This document shows positions 1 to 9,311 of a DNA stretch of 64,000 bases, one piece after another; the stretch's first letter is position 1; each line of letters starts with the position of its first letter. A model generated the notes under the pieces. It did not search any database. It saw only the letters and a program-made list of their open reading frames with translations, and had not been told where the DNA came from. The DNA comes from an uncultured Gammaproteobacteria bacterium (GTDB lineage: Bacteria; Pseudomonadota; Gammaproteobacteria; JABCZS01): NCBI GenBank assembly GCA_963848305.1, contig CAWKDC010000001.1, forward strand, positions 1,408,001 through 1,472,000, read 5' to 3'. The position numbers were made by a program, and so were the translations under genes.

Positions 1-742
1 AAAGAAGATGGTAAAACCCCCGCAAACTATGACTACAATGTGCATGTGACGCGTACAGTGGTTGACATGGCGCATGCATGTGGCGTTTCTGTGGAAGGTG
101 AGTTAGGCTGTTTGGGTTCACTTGAAACCAACCGTGCCGGTGAAGAAGATGGTTCTGGCGCTGATGGACATTTTATCGCATGATCAAATGCTGACAGATC
201 CGGAAGAAGCGGCACGTTTTGTGCGTGATACAAAAGTGGATGCATTGGCTATTGCGATTGGCACAAGCCATGGTGCATATAAATTTACGCGTCCACCGAC
301 AGGGGATATTTTAGCGATTGATCGCATTAAAGCGATTCATGCCCGAATTCCTGATACGCATTTGGTCATGCACGGTTCTTCTTCTGTGCCCCAAGATTGG
401 CTCAAAATCATCAATGAGTTTGGTGGCGACATGGGCCAAACTTACGGCGTGCCTGTCTCTGAGATTCAAGAAGGTATTAAACATGGCGTGCGTAAAATCA
501 ACATTGACACGGATTTGCGCATGGCGTCTACTGGGGCGATCCGTCGATATCTGCACAAAAATCCCAAAGAATTTGATCCGCGCAAATACTTGGGCGAATC
601 CGTGAAGGCGATGTACGATATTTGCAAAGCACGTTATGAAGCATTTGGCACTGCCGGTCAAGCCTCCAAGATTCAAGTACTTTCTTTGGAAAAAATGACT
701 GAGCTGTATGCGACGGGAAAATTGGATCCGCGGGTGATGTGA
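1..742 (+). CDS. fba: Class II fructose-bisphosphate aldolase, 5'-partial, apparent +1 frameshift near 169
   Basis: Frame 1 from base 1 reads ...[24 protein letters not shown]; the 122..742 frame continues [11 protein letters not shown]...[11 protein letters not shown]...VMHGSS...KINIDTD, all FBA class II motifs. Confidence 0.93.
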
Positions 743-759
743 TATTTCTTCTCTGATCG

Positions 760-900
760 CGTCATCCCGGAAAACGCGAAGCGTTTATCCGGGATCCAAC
801 TGGATCCCGGGTTCGCGCTGCGCGCACCCGGGATGACGAAATGAAGAAGGAATCGCGCCCTGGAAGACGAAATGAAGAAGGAAGCGCGCCCGGGAAGAGA
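760..900. repeat. Palindromic GTCATCCCGG...CCGGGATGAC element followed by two degenerate ~31-bp copies of its 3' end
   Basis: 760-838 has terminal inverted repeats cgtcatcccgg/ccgggatgacg and two internal hairpins; then cgcgccctggaagacgaaatgaagaagg and cgcgcccgggaagagacatatgaagg. Lies between convergent fba and rho. Confidence 0.8.
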
Positions 901-919
901 CATATGAAGGCTGCCTATT

Positions 920-2185
920 CTATTGTCGTTTCATCGACTCAAAAAACTCTTCATTCGTCTTCGTGTTCTTCAAGCGTTCGATCATGAACTCAGCCGCTGC
1001 AGCAGTTTCCATGGAGTGCAGCAATTTGCGAACAATGGTCATTTTCTTGAGTTCTTCAGGTTTGGTGATCAGATCGGCGCGGCGTGTGCTGCTGGAATGT
1101 AAATTCGCGGCAGGGAATACGCCTTTTTCAGCAATACGGCGCTCTAAATGCAATTCCATATTACCGGTACCTTTAAATTCTTCATAAATCACTTCGTCCA
1201 TCTTCGAGCCTGTGTCGACCAGGCAAGTGGCGATGATCGTCAAGCTGCCGCCTTCTTCCACGTTACGTGCAGCACCAAAAAAGCGTTTAGGACGTTGCAA
1301 GGCATTGGCATCCACACCACCGGTGAGGACTTTACCAGAAGAGGGTGCTACCGCATTGTAGGCACGGGCTAAACGGGTGATGGAATCCAACAAAATGACG
1401 ACGTCGTGTTTATGTTCTACCAAGCGTTTTGCCTTTTCAATCACCATTTCGGCGATTTGAACGTGACGGGTAGGCGGTTCATCGAACGTAGAGGCAATGA
1501 CTTCGCCGCGAACAGAGCGCTCCATTTCGGTCACTTCTTCAGGGCGTTCGTCAATCAACAATACGATTAAATAGCATTCGGGATGATTTTGCGCAATCGA
1601 CTGGGCGATATTTTGCAGCATCATTGTTTTACCGGCTTTTGGCGGCGAAACAATCAAAGCTCGCTGGCCTTTGCCACAGGGTGAAATCAAGTCGATGATG
1701 CGGGAAGTGATATCTTCGGTAGACCCATTGCCTCGTTCCATGCGCAAACGCTCATTGGGGAAGAGGGGGGTAAGGTTTTCAAATAAGACTTTATTGCGGC
1801 AGTTTTCAGCTGGCTCAAAATTGACTTTATCCACTTTGAGCAAAGCAAAATAGCGCTCACCTTCTTTGGGCATGCGGATAGGCCCAACAACATGGTCGCC
1901 CGTCTGAAGGCCTAAGCGGCGTATTTGGGCGGGGGAGACGTAGATATCGTCAGAACCTGCCAGGTACGATGCTTTGGGTGAGCGTAGGAAGCCATAGCCA
2001 TCTTGTAGCACCTCCAGGACGCCTTCCCCAATCACTTCTTCGCCATTTTGGGCAAAGTCTTTGAGGATGATGAAAATAAGGTCTTGCTTGCGCACACGGC
2101 CAATGTTGTCCGCGTGGCTTTTATTAGCAAGGGTCATGAGTTCTTGGACAGATTTACTTTGTAGATCATCGAGATGGGTTGTCAT
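920..2185 (-). CDS. rho: Transcription termination factor Rho
   Basis: [62 protein letters not shown]; 421 aa. Confidence 0.98.
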   Translation of the reverse strand: MTTHLDDLQSKSVQELMTLANKSHADNIGRVRKQDLIFIILKDFAQNGEEVIGEGVLEVLQDGYGFLRSPKASYLAGSDDIYVSPAQIRRLGLQTGDHVVGPIRMPKEGERYFALLKVDKVNFEPAENCRNKVLFENLTPLFPNERLRMERGNGSTEDITSRIIDLISPCGKGQRALIVSPPKAGKTMMLQNIAQSIAQNHPECYLIVLLIDERPEEVTEMERSVRGEVIASTFDEPPTRHVQIAEMVIEKAKRLVEHKHDVVILLDSITRLARAYNAVAPSSGKVLTGGVDANALQRPKRFFGAARNVEEGGSLTIIATCLVDTGSKMDEVIYEEFKGTGNMELHLERRIAEKGVFPAANLHSSSTRRADLITKPEELKKMTIVRKLLHSMETAAAAEFMIERLKNTKTNEEFFESMKRQ

Positions 2186-2304
2186 GGTATGGATTTCTTA
2201 ACACAGTGATTGAAGAGTAAGGGTTACTTTGTTTTTGCGCACCCACGGGGAGTACTTGTGTAAAGATACCAGAGATATCCAAAAAAATCCAGCATTTTCT
2301 CACC

Positions 2305-2472
2305 TTAATGGTTTTTTTCCTTGGTTCTTGATATGTTAGGTGCATGAAATTCAGTCAAACTGTACAAATAGGCGCAGCAATGATCTAGGAACAATTCTGA
2401 CAGGGTTTGAGGTTTAGCCGGAGGAGGGCTGTCCTCGGGACTGTGGGTGTTAAGGTAGGGTTTTTCGGTCAT
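2305..2472 (-). CDS. Possible 55-aa rho leader peptide (MTEKPYLNTHSPEDSPPPAKP...)
   Basis: Hand-translated ORF with GAGGT RBS, between the predicted rho promoter and rho; 5' half is C-rich and G-poor. Confidence 0.35.
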   Translation of the reverse strand: MTEKPYLNTHSPEDSPPPAKPQTLSELFLDHCCAYLYSLTEFHAPNISRTKEKNH

Positions 2473-2498
2473 GACTACGTACCTCTAATTCGCATCGC

Positions 2499-2528
2499 AC
2501 TATAATACAAAAAAATGTCAGTTGTCAA
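2499..2528 (-). promoter_or_regulatory. Putative sigma70 promoter for rho (TTGACA-N18-TATAGT)
   Basis: Minus strand reads TTGACA (2528-2523), 18-nt spacer, TATAGT (2504-2499). Confidence 0.55.
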
Positions 2529-2602
2529 TCATTTCCACTAGATATTTATTTTTTAATTTGGTAGAATCCCGAACCCCTTCATTTATCCTTGCGAGGTTTC
2601 AC

Positions 2603-4366
2603 ATGTCTGTTCCCGCGCTGCCTAGATCCGTTTTGCCCTTTCTGTGGCATTATTTGCGCAATAAAAAATGGGCTCTCGCATCCTTCGTGCTGATCGCGCT
2701 GGTTTGGGCGATTGAAATGTCGCTCTCACCGTATTTGATTAAAATCATCGTCGATAAAGTGGCCATGTATCATAGCGATTATCCCTTGTTGGTGCAACAG
2801 GTTATGTGGCCCGCCATTTTTTACGCTGGGATGACTTTGTTGTTGGGTCTCAATTTCCGATTTTTTGATTACGTGCAATTGCGTATCTATCCTGAGATCA
2901 AATCTGGCATCACGCAAGACATGTTTGATTATTTGCTGCACCATTCACATGGTTATTTTCAAAACCATTTTGCGGGAGCGCTCACGAAGAAAATTTTCGA
3001 CATGGTTACTTATGGCGAGCAGATGATACAGATTGTGAATGAATGGTTTTATCCTCGTGCCTTTGCGCTGATCATTGCGAGTGCCATGTTATGGAAAGTG
3101 GTACATCCGATATTGGGGGTTATTTTGTTTGTGTGGACATCATTGTTCATTTTAGGATCTTATTACGCCGCAAAGCTCGGGGAGAAATATGCCAAGCATG
3201 TGGCCGAATGTGGCGTCAAGATGTCGGGTTCTGTATCAGACTCCGTGTCGAATGTGATCAGCACCAAATTGTTTTACAATTTAACGCACGAAAGTCAGCG
3301 CATTCGTCGCGCATTGCAGGAATTAGTCGATGCGGATAGGCAATTGCTGTGGTTTAACTTGAAGAGTCAGTTTTATCAAGGTATGTCTATCCTGGTGTTA
3401 GTGGTGACCTTGTTAATCTTTTTGATTCATGGTGTGGGCAGTGGTTGGGTGTCTGCGGGTGATTTTGCGATGGTGTTGACACTCTCGTCGTGGATGGCAC
3501 AATCTGTGTGGGATATTGGCAAACAAATGCTCGAATTATCGAAAGCCACCGGGGCATGTCAACAAGCGTTGAGCTTTATCATGGAACCTCATGACATTGT
3601 GGATGTGCCTGGTGCAAAGGAACTGGTCGTCACTGCAGGCAAGATTGAATTTGATCAGGTGTCACATGCCTATTCGGGTAGTCCTGTGATCTTTAAAGAT
3701 TTGTCAGTGACGATCCATCCAGGTGAAAAAGTTGGTTTGGTCGGATATTCGGGTGGAGGTAAATCCACCTTCATGCGATTGATTTTGCGTTTGATGGATA
3801 TCAAATCGGGTGCTATCAAGATTGACGGGCAAAATATTGCTACCGTCACGAAAGCATCTTTGCGTAAAAATATCAGCACGATCCCCCAAGAGACGGAATT
3901 GTTTCACCGCAGTATTTTGGAAAATATTCGTTTTGCAAGACCTGATGCCACAGATGATGAAGTGATCCTCGCAGCACAGAAAGCTTGTTGTGATGAGTTT
4001 ATTCAAGCCTTGCCGGATAAATATGAGTCTCTGGTGGGTGAGCGTGGTGTAAAGTTATCCGGTGGTCAACGTCAGCGTATTGCCATTGCCCGCGCCTTTT
4101 TGAAAAACGCGCCGATCCTATTATTGGATGAGGCCACGTCTGCGCTTGATACCGCCACGGAGCAGCTGATCCAGCAAAGCTTACATGAAGTCATGAAGCA
4201 TAAAACCACCATTGTGATTGCGCACCGGTTATCGACCTTGAAAGACATGGACCGAATTCTGTTTTTTGACAAGGGCGCGATTGTGGAGCAGGGTTCATTG
4301 GATGAACTGTTGGCCAATTCCCAGGGCCAGTTTTATCAGCTCTGGCATATGCAGCAGCGAGGGTAA
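2603..4366 (+). CDS. ABC exporter, fused TMD-NBD (MsbA/MdlB-like)
   Basis: Multiple TM segments, then GYSGGGKST, LSGGQRQRIAIARA, LLLDEATSALD, IAHRLST; ATG 2603 follows GAGG. Confidence 0.92.
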   Translation: MSVPALPRSVLPFLWHYLRNKKWALASFVLIALVWAIEMSLSPYLIKIIVDKVAMYHSDYPLLVQQVMWPAIFYAGMTLLLGLNFRFFDYVQLRIYPEIKSGITQDMFDYLLHHSHGYFQNHFAGALTKKIFDMVTYGEQMIQIVNEWFYPRAFALIIASAMLWKVVHPILGVILFVWTSLFILGSYYAAKLGEKYAKHVAECGVKMSGSVSDSVSNVISTKLFYNLTHESQRIRRALQELVDADRQLLWFNLKSQFYQGMSILVLVVTLLIFLIHGVGSGWVSAGDFAMVLTLSSWMAQSVWDIGKQMLELSKATGACQQALSFIMEPHDIVDVPGAKELVVTAGKIEFDQVSHAYSGSPVIFKDLSVTIHPGEKVGLVGYSGGGKSTFMRLILRLMDIKSGAIKIDGQNIATVTKASLRKNISTIPQETELFHRSILENIRFARPDATDDEVILAAQKACCDEFIQALPDKYESLVGERGVKLSGGQRQRIAIARAFLKNAPILLLDEATSALDTATEQLIQQSLHEVMKHKTTIVIAHRLSTLKDMDRILFFDKGAIVEQGSLDELLANSQGQFYQLWHMQQRG

Positions 4367-4452
4367 TTGACACATTGCCTCAACAACTGAATCAACTGCG
4401 AATTTAAAAAGGCAAGCATTATTTATTAAATTCAATGGGTTATGATTTTTCT

Positions 4453-4509
4453 GTATTTTTAGGGAGTATGCTCCTTGAAAATCGTATTTTTAGGGAGTAT
4501 ACATCCTTG
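4453..4509 (+). promoter_or_regulatory. Tandem operator-like repeats (GTATTTTTAGGGAGTAT x2, 31-bp period) over a putative promoter
   Basis: Exact 17-mer at 4453 and 4484; TTGAAA(4475)-N17-TATACA(4498). Confidence 0.7.
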
Positions 4510-4524
4510 TGGATGGGGGGGGAT

Positions 4525-5172
4525 ATGAACTACATCAGACGGTTGCATTATTTAGAAAAGTTTGCGCGATTTATGGATGTGTGTGCATCTAGCCACGGAG
4601 AATTATTGAATTACACGAATATTGCAAGAGACTGCGCTATTGATGCAAAGACAGTAAAAGCTTACTATCAGATATTGGTCGATACGCTGATTGGATATTT
4701 TGTTTATCCCTTTTATAAAAAATCAAAACGAAATCATTTATCGGAAACCCCGAAATTTTATTTATTTGATGTCGGTGTTGCGCAGTACCTGCAAAAAATT
4801 CAAATCCATCAACTCTCAGGCATTGAAGCAGGCAATGCTTTTGAACATTTCATTTTCACTGAATTGATGGCATATAGTTATTATTCGGAAAAATATTTGG
4901 ATATTCGTTTTTGGAGAACGTCTACAGGATTGGAAGTGGATTTTATCTTGGGTGCAGGGAAGGTGGCAATAGAGTGCAAGATTGATTCAAGGGTGCATGC
5001 GTCTGATGTTAAGGGATTATATGCATTTTGTGAAGATTACCATCCTGAAAAAGCAATTGTCGTTAGCCAAGATGTGAGCGCCCGGCGTCTTGTGACTGGG
5101 CATCATACGCCGATTGATATCATTCCCTGGCAAGATTTTTTAACGCGATTGTGGGCAGGGGAGATTATTTAA
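4525..5172 (+). CDS. DUF4143-type wHTH/PD-(D/E)xK-like protein lacking the AAA ATPase domain
   Basis: LLNYTNIARDCAIDAKTVKAYYQIL (wHTH), PKFYLFDVG, EVDFIL...AIECK; no Walker A/B. Confidence 0.8.
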   Translation: MNYIRRLHYLEKFARFMDVCASSHGELLNYTNIARDCAIDAKTVKAYYQILVDTLIGYFVYPFYKKSKRNHLSETPKFYLFDVGVAQYLQKIQIHQLSGIEAGNAFEHFIFTELMAYSYYSEKYLDIRFWRTSTGLEVDFILGAGKVAIECKIDSRVHASDVKGLYAFCEDYHPEKAIVVSQDVSARRLVTGHHTPIDIIPWQDFLTRLWAGEII

Positions 5173-5245
5173 TGACCTCTATTGGCATGTGGATGCGCTT
5201 TGGCTGGGAGAGAGATGAGAAAAATGTTAAATAACGCTTAGTAGA

Positions 5246-5812
5246 TCAATCCCCGGTATGCAACTTCTTCATCGCGTCTTGCCATTTTCCCTGCAGGACA
5301 TCAGGCATGACTTGTAAGGCTTGAATGATCGCATGATCGATGGCTTTTTTTTCATCAGTGCGTGGTTTTTTCAAGACATAATCCACAACGTCTTTTGCAT
5401 TGCCAGGGTGCCCAATGCCAATGCGCAGGCGGTGAAAATGCGGCGTGCCTAATAATTGGATGATATGACGTAAACCATTATGGCCGCCATGGCCGCCGCC
5501 GATTTTGAGACGAGCAGTGCCTGGGGGCAAATCAAGTTCATCATGGACGACAAGGATATTTTCAGGGGGAATTTTGTAAAATTGGGCGACAGCGAGTAAC
5601 GCTTTGCCACTTTCATTCATGTAAGTGGTCGGGATCATCACGCGGCAAGGTTGCCCATGTAGATTGAGTGATGCCATTTGGCAAAACAGTTTAGCTTCCA
5701 GTTTGAGGGAAGTGTTGCCGAGTAAAGCATCCACAAACCACGCGCCCGCATTGTGACGTGTGTTTACGTATTCGGAACCGGGGTTGGCGAGGCCGATGAT
5801 GAGTTGAATCAT
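5246..5812 (-). CDS. pth: Peptidyl-tRNA hydrolase
   Basis: LIIGLANPG...[30 protein letters not shown]. Confidence 0.97.
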   Translation of the reverse strand: MIQLIIGLANPGSEYVNTRHNAGAWFVDALLGNTSLKLEAKLFCQMASLNLHGQPCRVMIPTTYMNESGKALLAVAQFYKIPPENILVVHDELDLPPGTARLKIGGGHGGHNGLRHIIQLLGTPHFHRLRIGIGHPGNAKDVVDYVLKKPRTDEKKAIDHAIIQALQVMPDVLQGKWQDAMKKLHTGD

Positions 5813-5828
5813 GAGGAGATCCTGTGTT

Positions 5829-5878
5829 GTAGGGGTGCAGCATTAATACTGATGTTCGCACATCAAGGGCGCCCCTAC
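5829..5878. repeat. GTAG-type REP element
   Basis: GTAGGGGTGC...GCGCCCCTAC inverted termini between rplY and pth. Confidence 0.75.
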
Positions 5879-5897
5879 AAAACACGTTATTTTGAGG

Positions 5898-6611
5898 TTA
5901 GGGCTGCCCTTCTTCCTTCGGCTTCAATGCATCTTCCAATTCCGCAGCTTCAGGATGTTCCGCTAAATATGCTGCATGTTCAGCAGCTTTCAAGGCTTCT
6001 TCAGCAGCATCAGCATCTAAATCTTCCTTCCCTTCTTTGATCACATGTGCGGAGACCACGGGGCGATCATGAGATTCGCCGAGATCCAATTCTGGAATCG
6101 TTACGCCTTTGGGCAACTTGATTTGTGACAAATGCAGGGCATCATCGACATCCATGCTGGAAACATCAACTTCGATGAATTCAGGCAAGTCGCGTGGCAA
6201 GCACTTGACTTCAACGTTCGTCATCACGTGGGTGAATTTCGCTTCCTTCTGCGCGGCAGGTGAATTTTCTTCGCCGATGAAATGCAAGGGAACATGCAAG
6301 GTGATGGGTTCGTTTGCTTTCACGCGTAAGAAATCCATGTGCAGTACACGGGCTTTGAAAGGATGGCGTTGCACGTCTTTCAACACAACATCTTCTTTTT
6401 TGCCATCAATTTTCAGGCTGAGAATGTGTGAATAGAACCCTTCATGTTCTAAATGTTTCATCACTTCTTTGTGCTCGAGTGTCAGCGGAGTGGCATTTTT
6501 GCCAGCACCGTAAACAATCGCAGGCACTTTGTTCGCGTGACGTAGGCGGCGGCTCGCACCCCTCCCAGCGTCTGAGCGCGTTTGCGCTTCGATTTCGTAG
6601 GTATGATTCAT
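5898..6611 (-). CDS. rplY: 50S ribosomal protein L25/Ctc (long form)
   Basis: GRGASRRLR...VPAIVYG, DVQRHPFK...HMDFLR, acidic C-terminal tail; between prs and pth. Confidence 0.96.
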   Translation of the reverse strand: MNHTYEIEAQTRSDAGRGASRRLRHANKVPAIVYGAGKNATPLTLEHKEVMKHLEHEGFYSHILSLKIDGKKEDVVLKDVQRHPFKARVLHMDFLRVKANEPITLHVPLHFIGEENSPAAQKEAKFTHVMTNVEVKCLPRDLPEFIEVDVSSMDVDDALHLSQIKLPKGVTIPELDLGESHDRPVVSAHVIKEGKEDLDADAAEEALKAAEHAAYLAEHPEAAELEDALKPKEEGQP

Positions 6612-6635
6612 GATTAACTCCAACTAGATTTAGGT

Positions 6636-6655
6636 TTGCCCCGCGACCAGGGCAC
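6636..6655 (-). promoter_or_regulatory. Putative L25 leader hairpin
   Basis: Minus strand GCCCT-GGTCGC-GGGGC hairpin just upstream of the rplY RBS; resembles the GGTCGC-containing gammaproteobacterial rplY leader. Confidence 0.45.
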
Positions 6656-6660
6656 ATATA

Positions 6661-7614
6661 TTACTCTGGGAACATACTGCTTAAAGATTCTGCTCCGTGA
6701 ATGCGTCGAATGGCTTCGGACAAAAGCCCGACCAAGCTGATTTGACGTATTTTCGGGCAACTTAAAGCCTCGTTTTTCAACAAGATGGTATCGGTGACGA
6801 CCAATTCATCCAGCGCGGACGCTTGGATATTGTTCACAGCCTTGCCGGACAACACCGCATGGGTGCAGTACGCGGTGACCCCGATCGCGCCACGGTTCTT
6901 CAAGACAGCAGCAGCGGTGCAGAGGGTGCCAGCGGTATCCACAATGTCGTCGACGATTATACACGATTTTCCGGAAACATCACCAATAATGTTCATCACT
7001 TCGCTTTCATTAGGGCGAGGGCGGCGTTTATCGATGATGGCCAGATCCGCGTCGTTCAGGCGTTTGGCAATCGCTCGGGTCACGACCCCGCCCACATCAG
7101 GTGAGACAACCACTAGATTGCCTTGATTCTGCGTATTCAGGTCAGCCAATAAAACAGGAGAGGCATAAACGTTATCCACGGGCATATCAAAGAAGCCCTG
7201 GATTTGTTCCGCATGTAAATCAACTGTCACGACACGGCAAATGCCGACGGATGCCAGCATATCCGCCACCACTTTGGCGGTGATGGGCACGCGGCTCGAG
7301 CGCACGCGGCGATCTTGCCGAGCATAGCCAAAATAAGGGATAACAGCTGTGATGCTGAGGGCGGAAGCGCGTCTCAGTGCATCAGCCATGATGATGAGTT
7401 CCATCAGGTTCTCGTTGGCGGGCGCATGGGTGGATTGAACAATGAACACGTCCTGTCCACGCACATTTTCTAGGATTTCGACTTGTGTTTCGCCGTCGCT
7501 GAAGCGACCGACATTGGCTTTCCCAATGGGCACTTTCAGATGTTGTGCAATGGCACGGGCCATGGCGGGGTTGGCATTACCGGTAAAAATGGTGAAATTA
7601 TTTTGATGTGACAC
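6661..7614 (-). CDS. prs: Ribose-phosphate pyrophosphokinase
   Basis: [46 protein letters not shown]; about one codon missing at GGVV-TRA relative to the usual GGVVRARA. Confidence 0.97.
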   Translation of the reverse strand: MSHQNNFTIFTGNANPAMARAIAQHLKVPIGKANVGRFSDGETQVEILENVRGQDVFIVQSTHAPANENLMELIIMADALRRASALSITAVIPYFGYARQDRRVRSSRVPITAKVVADMLASVGICRVVTVDLHAEQIQGFFDMPVDNVYASPVLLADLNTQNQGNLVVVSPDVGGVVTRAIAKRLNDADLAIIDKRRPRPNESEVMNIIGDVSGKSCIIVDDIVDTAGTLCTAAAVLKNRGAIGVTAYCTHAVLSGKAVNNIQASALDELVVTDTILLKNEALSCPKIRQISLVGLLSEAIRRIHGAESLSSMFPE

Positions 7615-7647
7615 CGGCCAACCTCTGCATTTTGATGGTGGAAAATT

Positions 7648-7722
7648 TGGCTGGGGTGCTAGGATTCGAACCTAGGTATGCGGGGATCAAAACCCCGTGC
7701 CTTACCGCTTGGCGACACCCCA
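7648..7722 (-). tRNA. tRNA-Gln(TTG)
   Basis: TGGGGTGTCGCCAAGCGGTAAGGCACGGGGTTTTGATCCCCGCATACCTAGGTTCGAATCCTAGCACCCCAGCCA: cloverleaf, TTG anticodon, CCA end. Confidence 0.97.
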
Positions 7723-8544
7723 AATGCTTGGCAGCTGATTCATGCCTTGCGCGACAAATCCTACCACTTGTGAATCGATTTGTCCAATGCATTTTTCAGC
7801 TTTTTCTCGCGATTCGCACGCCACAAAAAAAGCAGAGCCGGAGCCGGTAAGTTTGGGTTCCCCAAAAGGCTTCAGAGCATCGATTGTGTCATGCAATTCA
7901 GGGAAATGCTTCAACAACACGGGTAAAAAATCGTTGTGTGTCTCGGCCCCTGCGCGATAGTCGGCTATTGTCAGCGGTTTAGTGTTTCTTGTCAACAGGG
8001 GATCGCGAAAAAGGGTGGTGGTATTGGCATGGATATTCGGTTTGACTATCGCGTACCAACAGGGAGGGAGATCAATGGGGGTGAGGATATCGCCTACCCC
8101 CTCCCCAAACGCAGAATGACCGAATACAAACACAGGCACATCGGCCCCGAGTGCCAATCCCTGTGCCATCAATTCGGTCTGGCTGAGGTTCAGTCCCCAT
8201 AAATGGTTTAGCACGTGAAGGGTGGTGGCGGCATTTGAGCTGCCGCCGCCCATGCCCGCACCCATGGGGATGCGCTTGTCCAGGCGAATGTTGACACCTT
8301 GCAGCCCAGGGCGCCACAGGGCACGTGCGGCTTTAAGGATAAGGTTGGTGTCAGGGGGGATATTGGGGGTGTTATCGGTCAGGAGGATTTGCGGATCTTT
8401 TCGCAGGGAAAATGTCAAAGTGTCATGTAAATCAATCAGTTGAAAAACAGTTTGCAACAGATGGTAGCCATCCTCTCGCTTGCCGACAATATGCAGGAAC
8501 AGGTTCAGTTTAGCGGGGCTTTGAGCGGTGATGGTGTCTTTCAT
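7702..8544 (-). CDS. ispE: 4-diphosphocytidyl-2-C-methyl-D-erythritol kinase
   Basis: SPAKLNLFLHI, KRIPMGAGMGGGSSNAA, LGADVPVF, LTGSGS. Confidence 0.97.
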   Translation of the reverse strand: MKDTITAQSPAKLNLFLHIVGKREDGYHLLQTVFQLIDLHDTLTFSLRKDPQILLTDNTPNIPPDTNLILKAARALWRPGLQGVNIRLDKRIPMGAGMGGGSSNAATTLHVLNHLWGLNLSQTELMAQGLALGADVPVFVFGHSAFGEGVGDILTPIDLPPCWYAIVKPNIHANTTTLFRDPLLTRNTKPLTIADYRAGAETHNDFLPVLLKHFPELHDTIDALKPFGEPKLTGSGSAFFVACESREKAEKCIGQIDSQVVGFVAQGMNQLPSIWGVAKR

Positions 8545-8559
8545 AAAGGAAATAGTCTG

Positions 8560-9192
8560 TTAATGCCCCGATAAATGCGCATTCCATTCGTGGATACTGA
8601 GCGTGATGGTTACATCAGGGTGTTTCAACACGATTTTGCCAGGCAAACGGTAGCGGTCGTGGGTTGCAAATGCTTCATATTGAATGTGCCAACCTTGCTG
8701 CTTTAGGCTGCGCAAGTCCCCATTGGGTGAAATATTCAAGTCATAGGCAAAGTGGGGGTCAGGCCGTCCTAATACCCAGTAGCGCAAGCTGGAGATAGGC
8801 AGTTCATAGTCTGTATGGCGGCTTAATAGCTCTTCAGGCGATTTGGCTGTATCGACAATCCCTTTTGAATCCTTGTATGAAATACTGCTGGGATTTCCTC
8901 GTAAGAAAATCGTGCCTTGATTGAGCGGGCCAGACAGTTTCAATAAATAATCGTTGTGTTGCTGCAACCAGCTAAGGCTGGCACTATCGGCTTTGTTGTG
9001 GGTGCGAACCGAGAAGCGGCCTTCAAAATGCCAAGATTCGAGATTGGAAATTCTGTCCTGATTTCGGTCAAAGGCCTGGTCGCGGTCTATGCCGGATAGA
9101 TTGGCATCACTGCTGGAAGGCGACTGAGCACAGCCAGAGGCCAAAAGGGCTGCCAGCAGCATCATAAAAGTATGTTTGATGAATAAATTCAT
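8560..9192 (-). CDS. lolB: Outer-membrane lipoprotein insertase LolB
   Basis: Lipobox ASGC, W-HFEGR, LPISSLRYWVLGRP, LKQQGWHIQY, LPGKI; upstream of ispE. Confidence 0.92.
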   Translation of the reverse strand: MNLFIKHTFMMLLAALLASGCAQSPSSSDANLSGIDRDQAFDRNQDRISNLESWHFEGRFSVRTHNKADSASLSWLQQHNDYLLKLSGPLNQGTIFLRGNPSSISYKDSKGIVDTAKSPEELLSRHTDYELPISSLRYWVLGRPDPHFAYDLNISPNGDLRSLKQQGWHIQYEAFATHDRYRLPGKIVLKHPDVTITLSIHEWNAHLSGH

Positions 9193-9311
9193 TGAAGATC
9201 CTTCACATTTAGTGGTCTACTGACATGATAGCATAATGGTGCGATACAGATTAGCGCGCAGAACATTAAGAGTATATAATATCCTCTTCATCTTCAGAGT
9301 GAGGCAGTATC

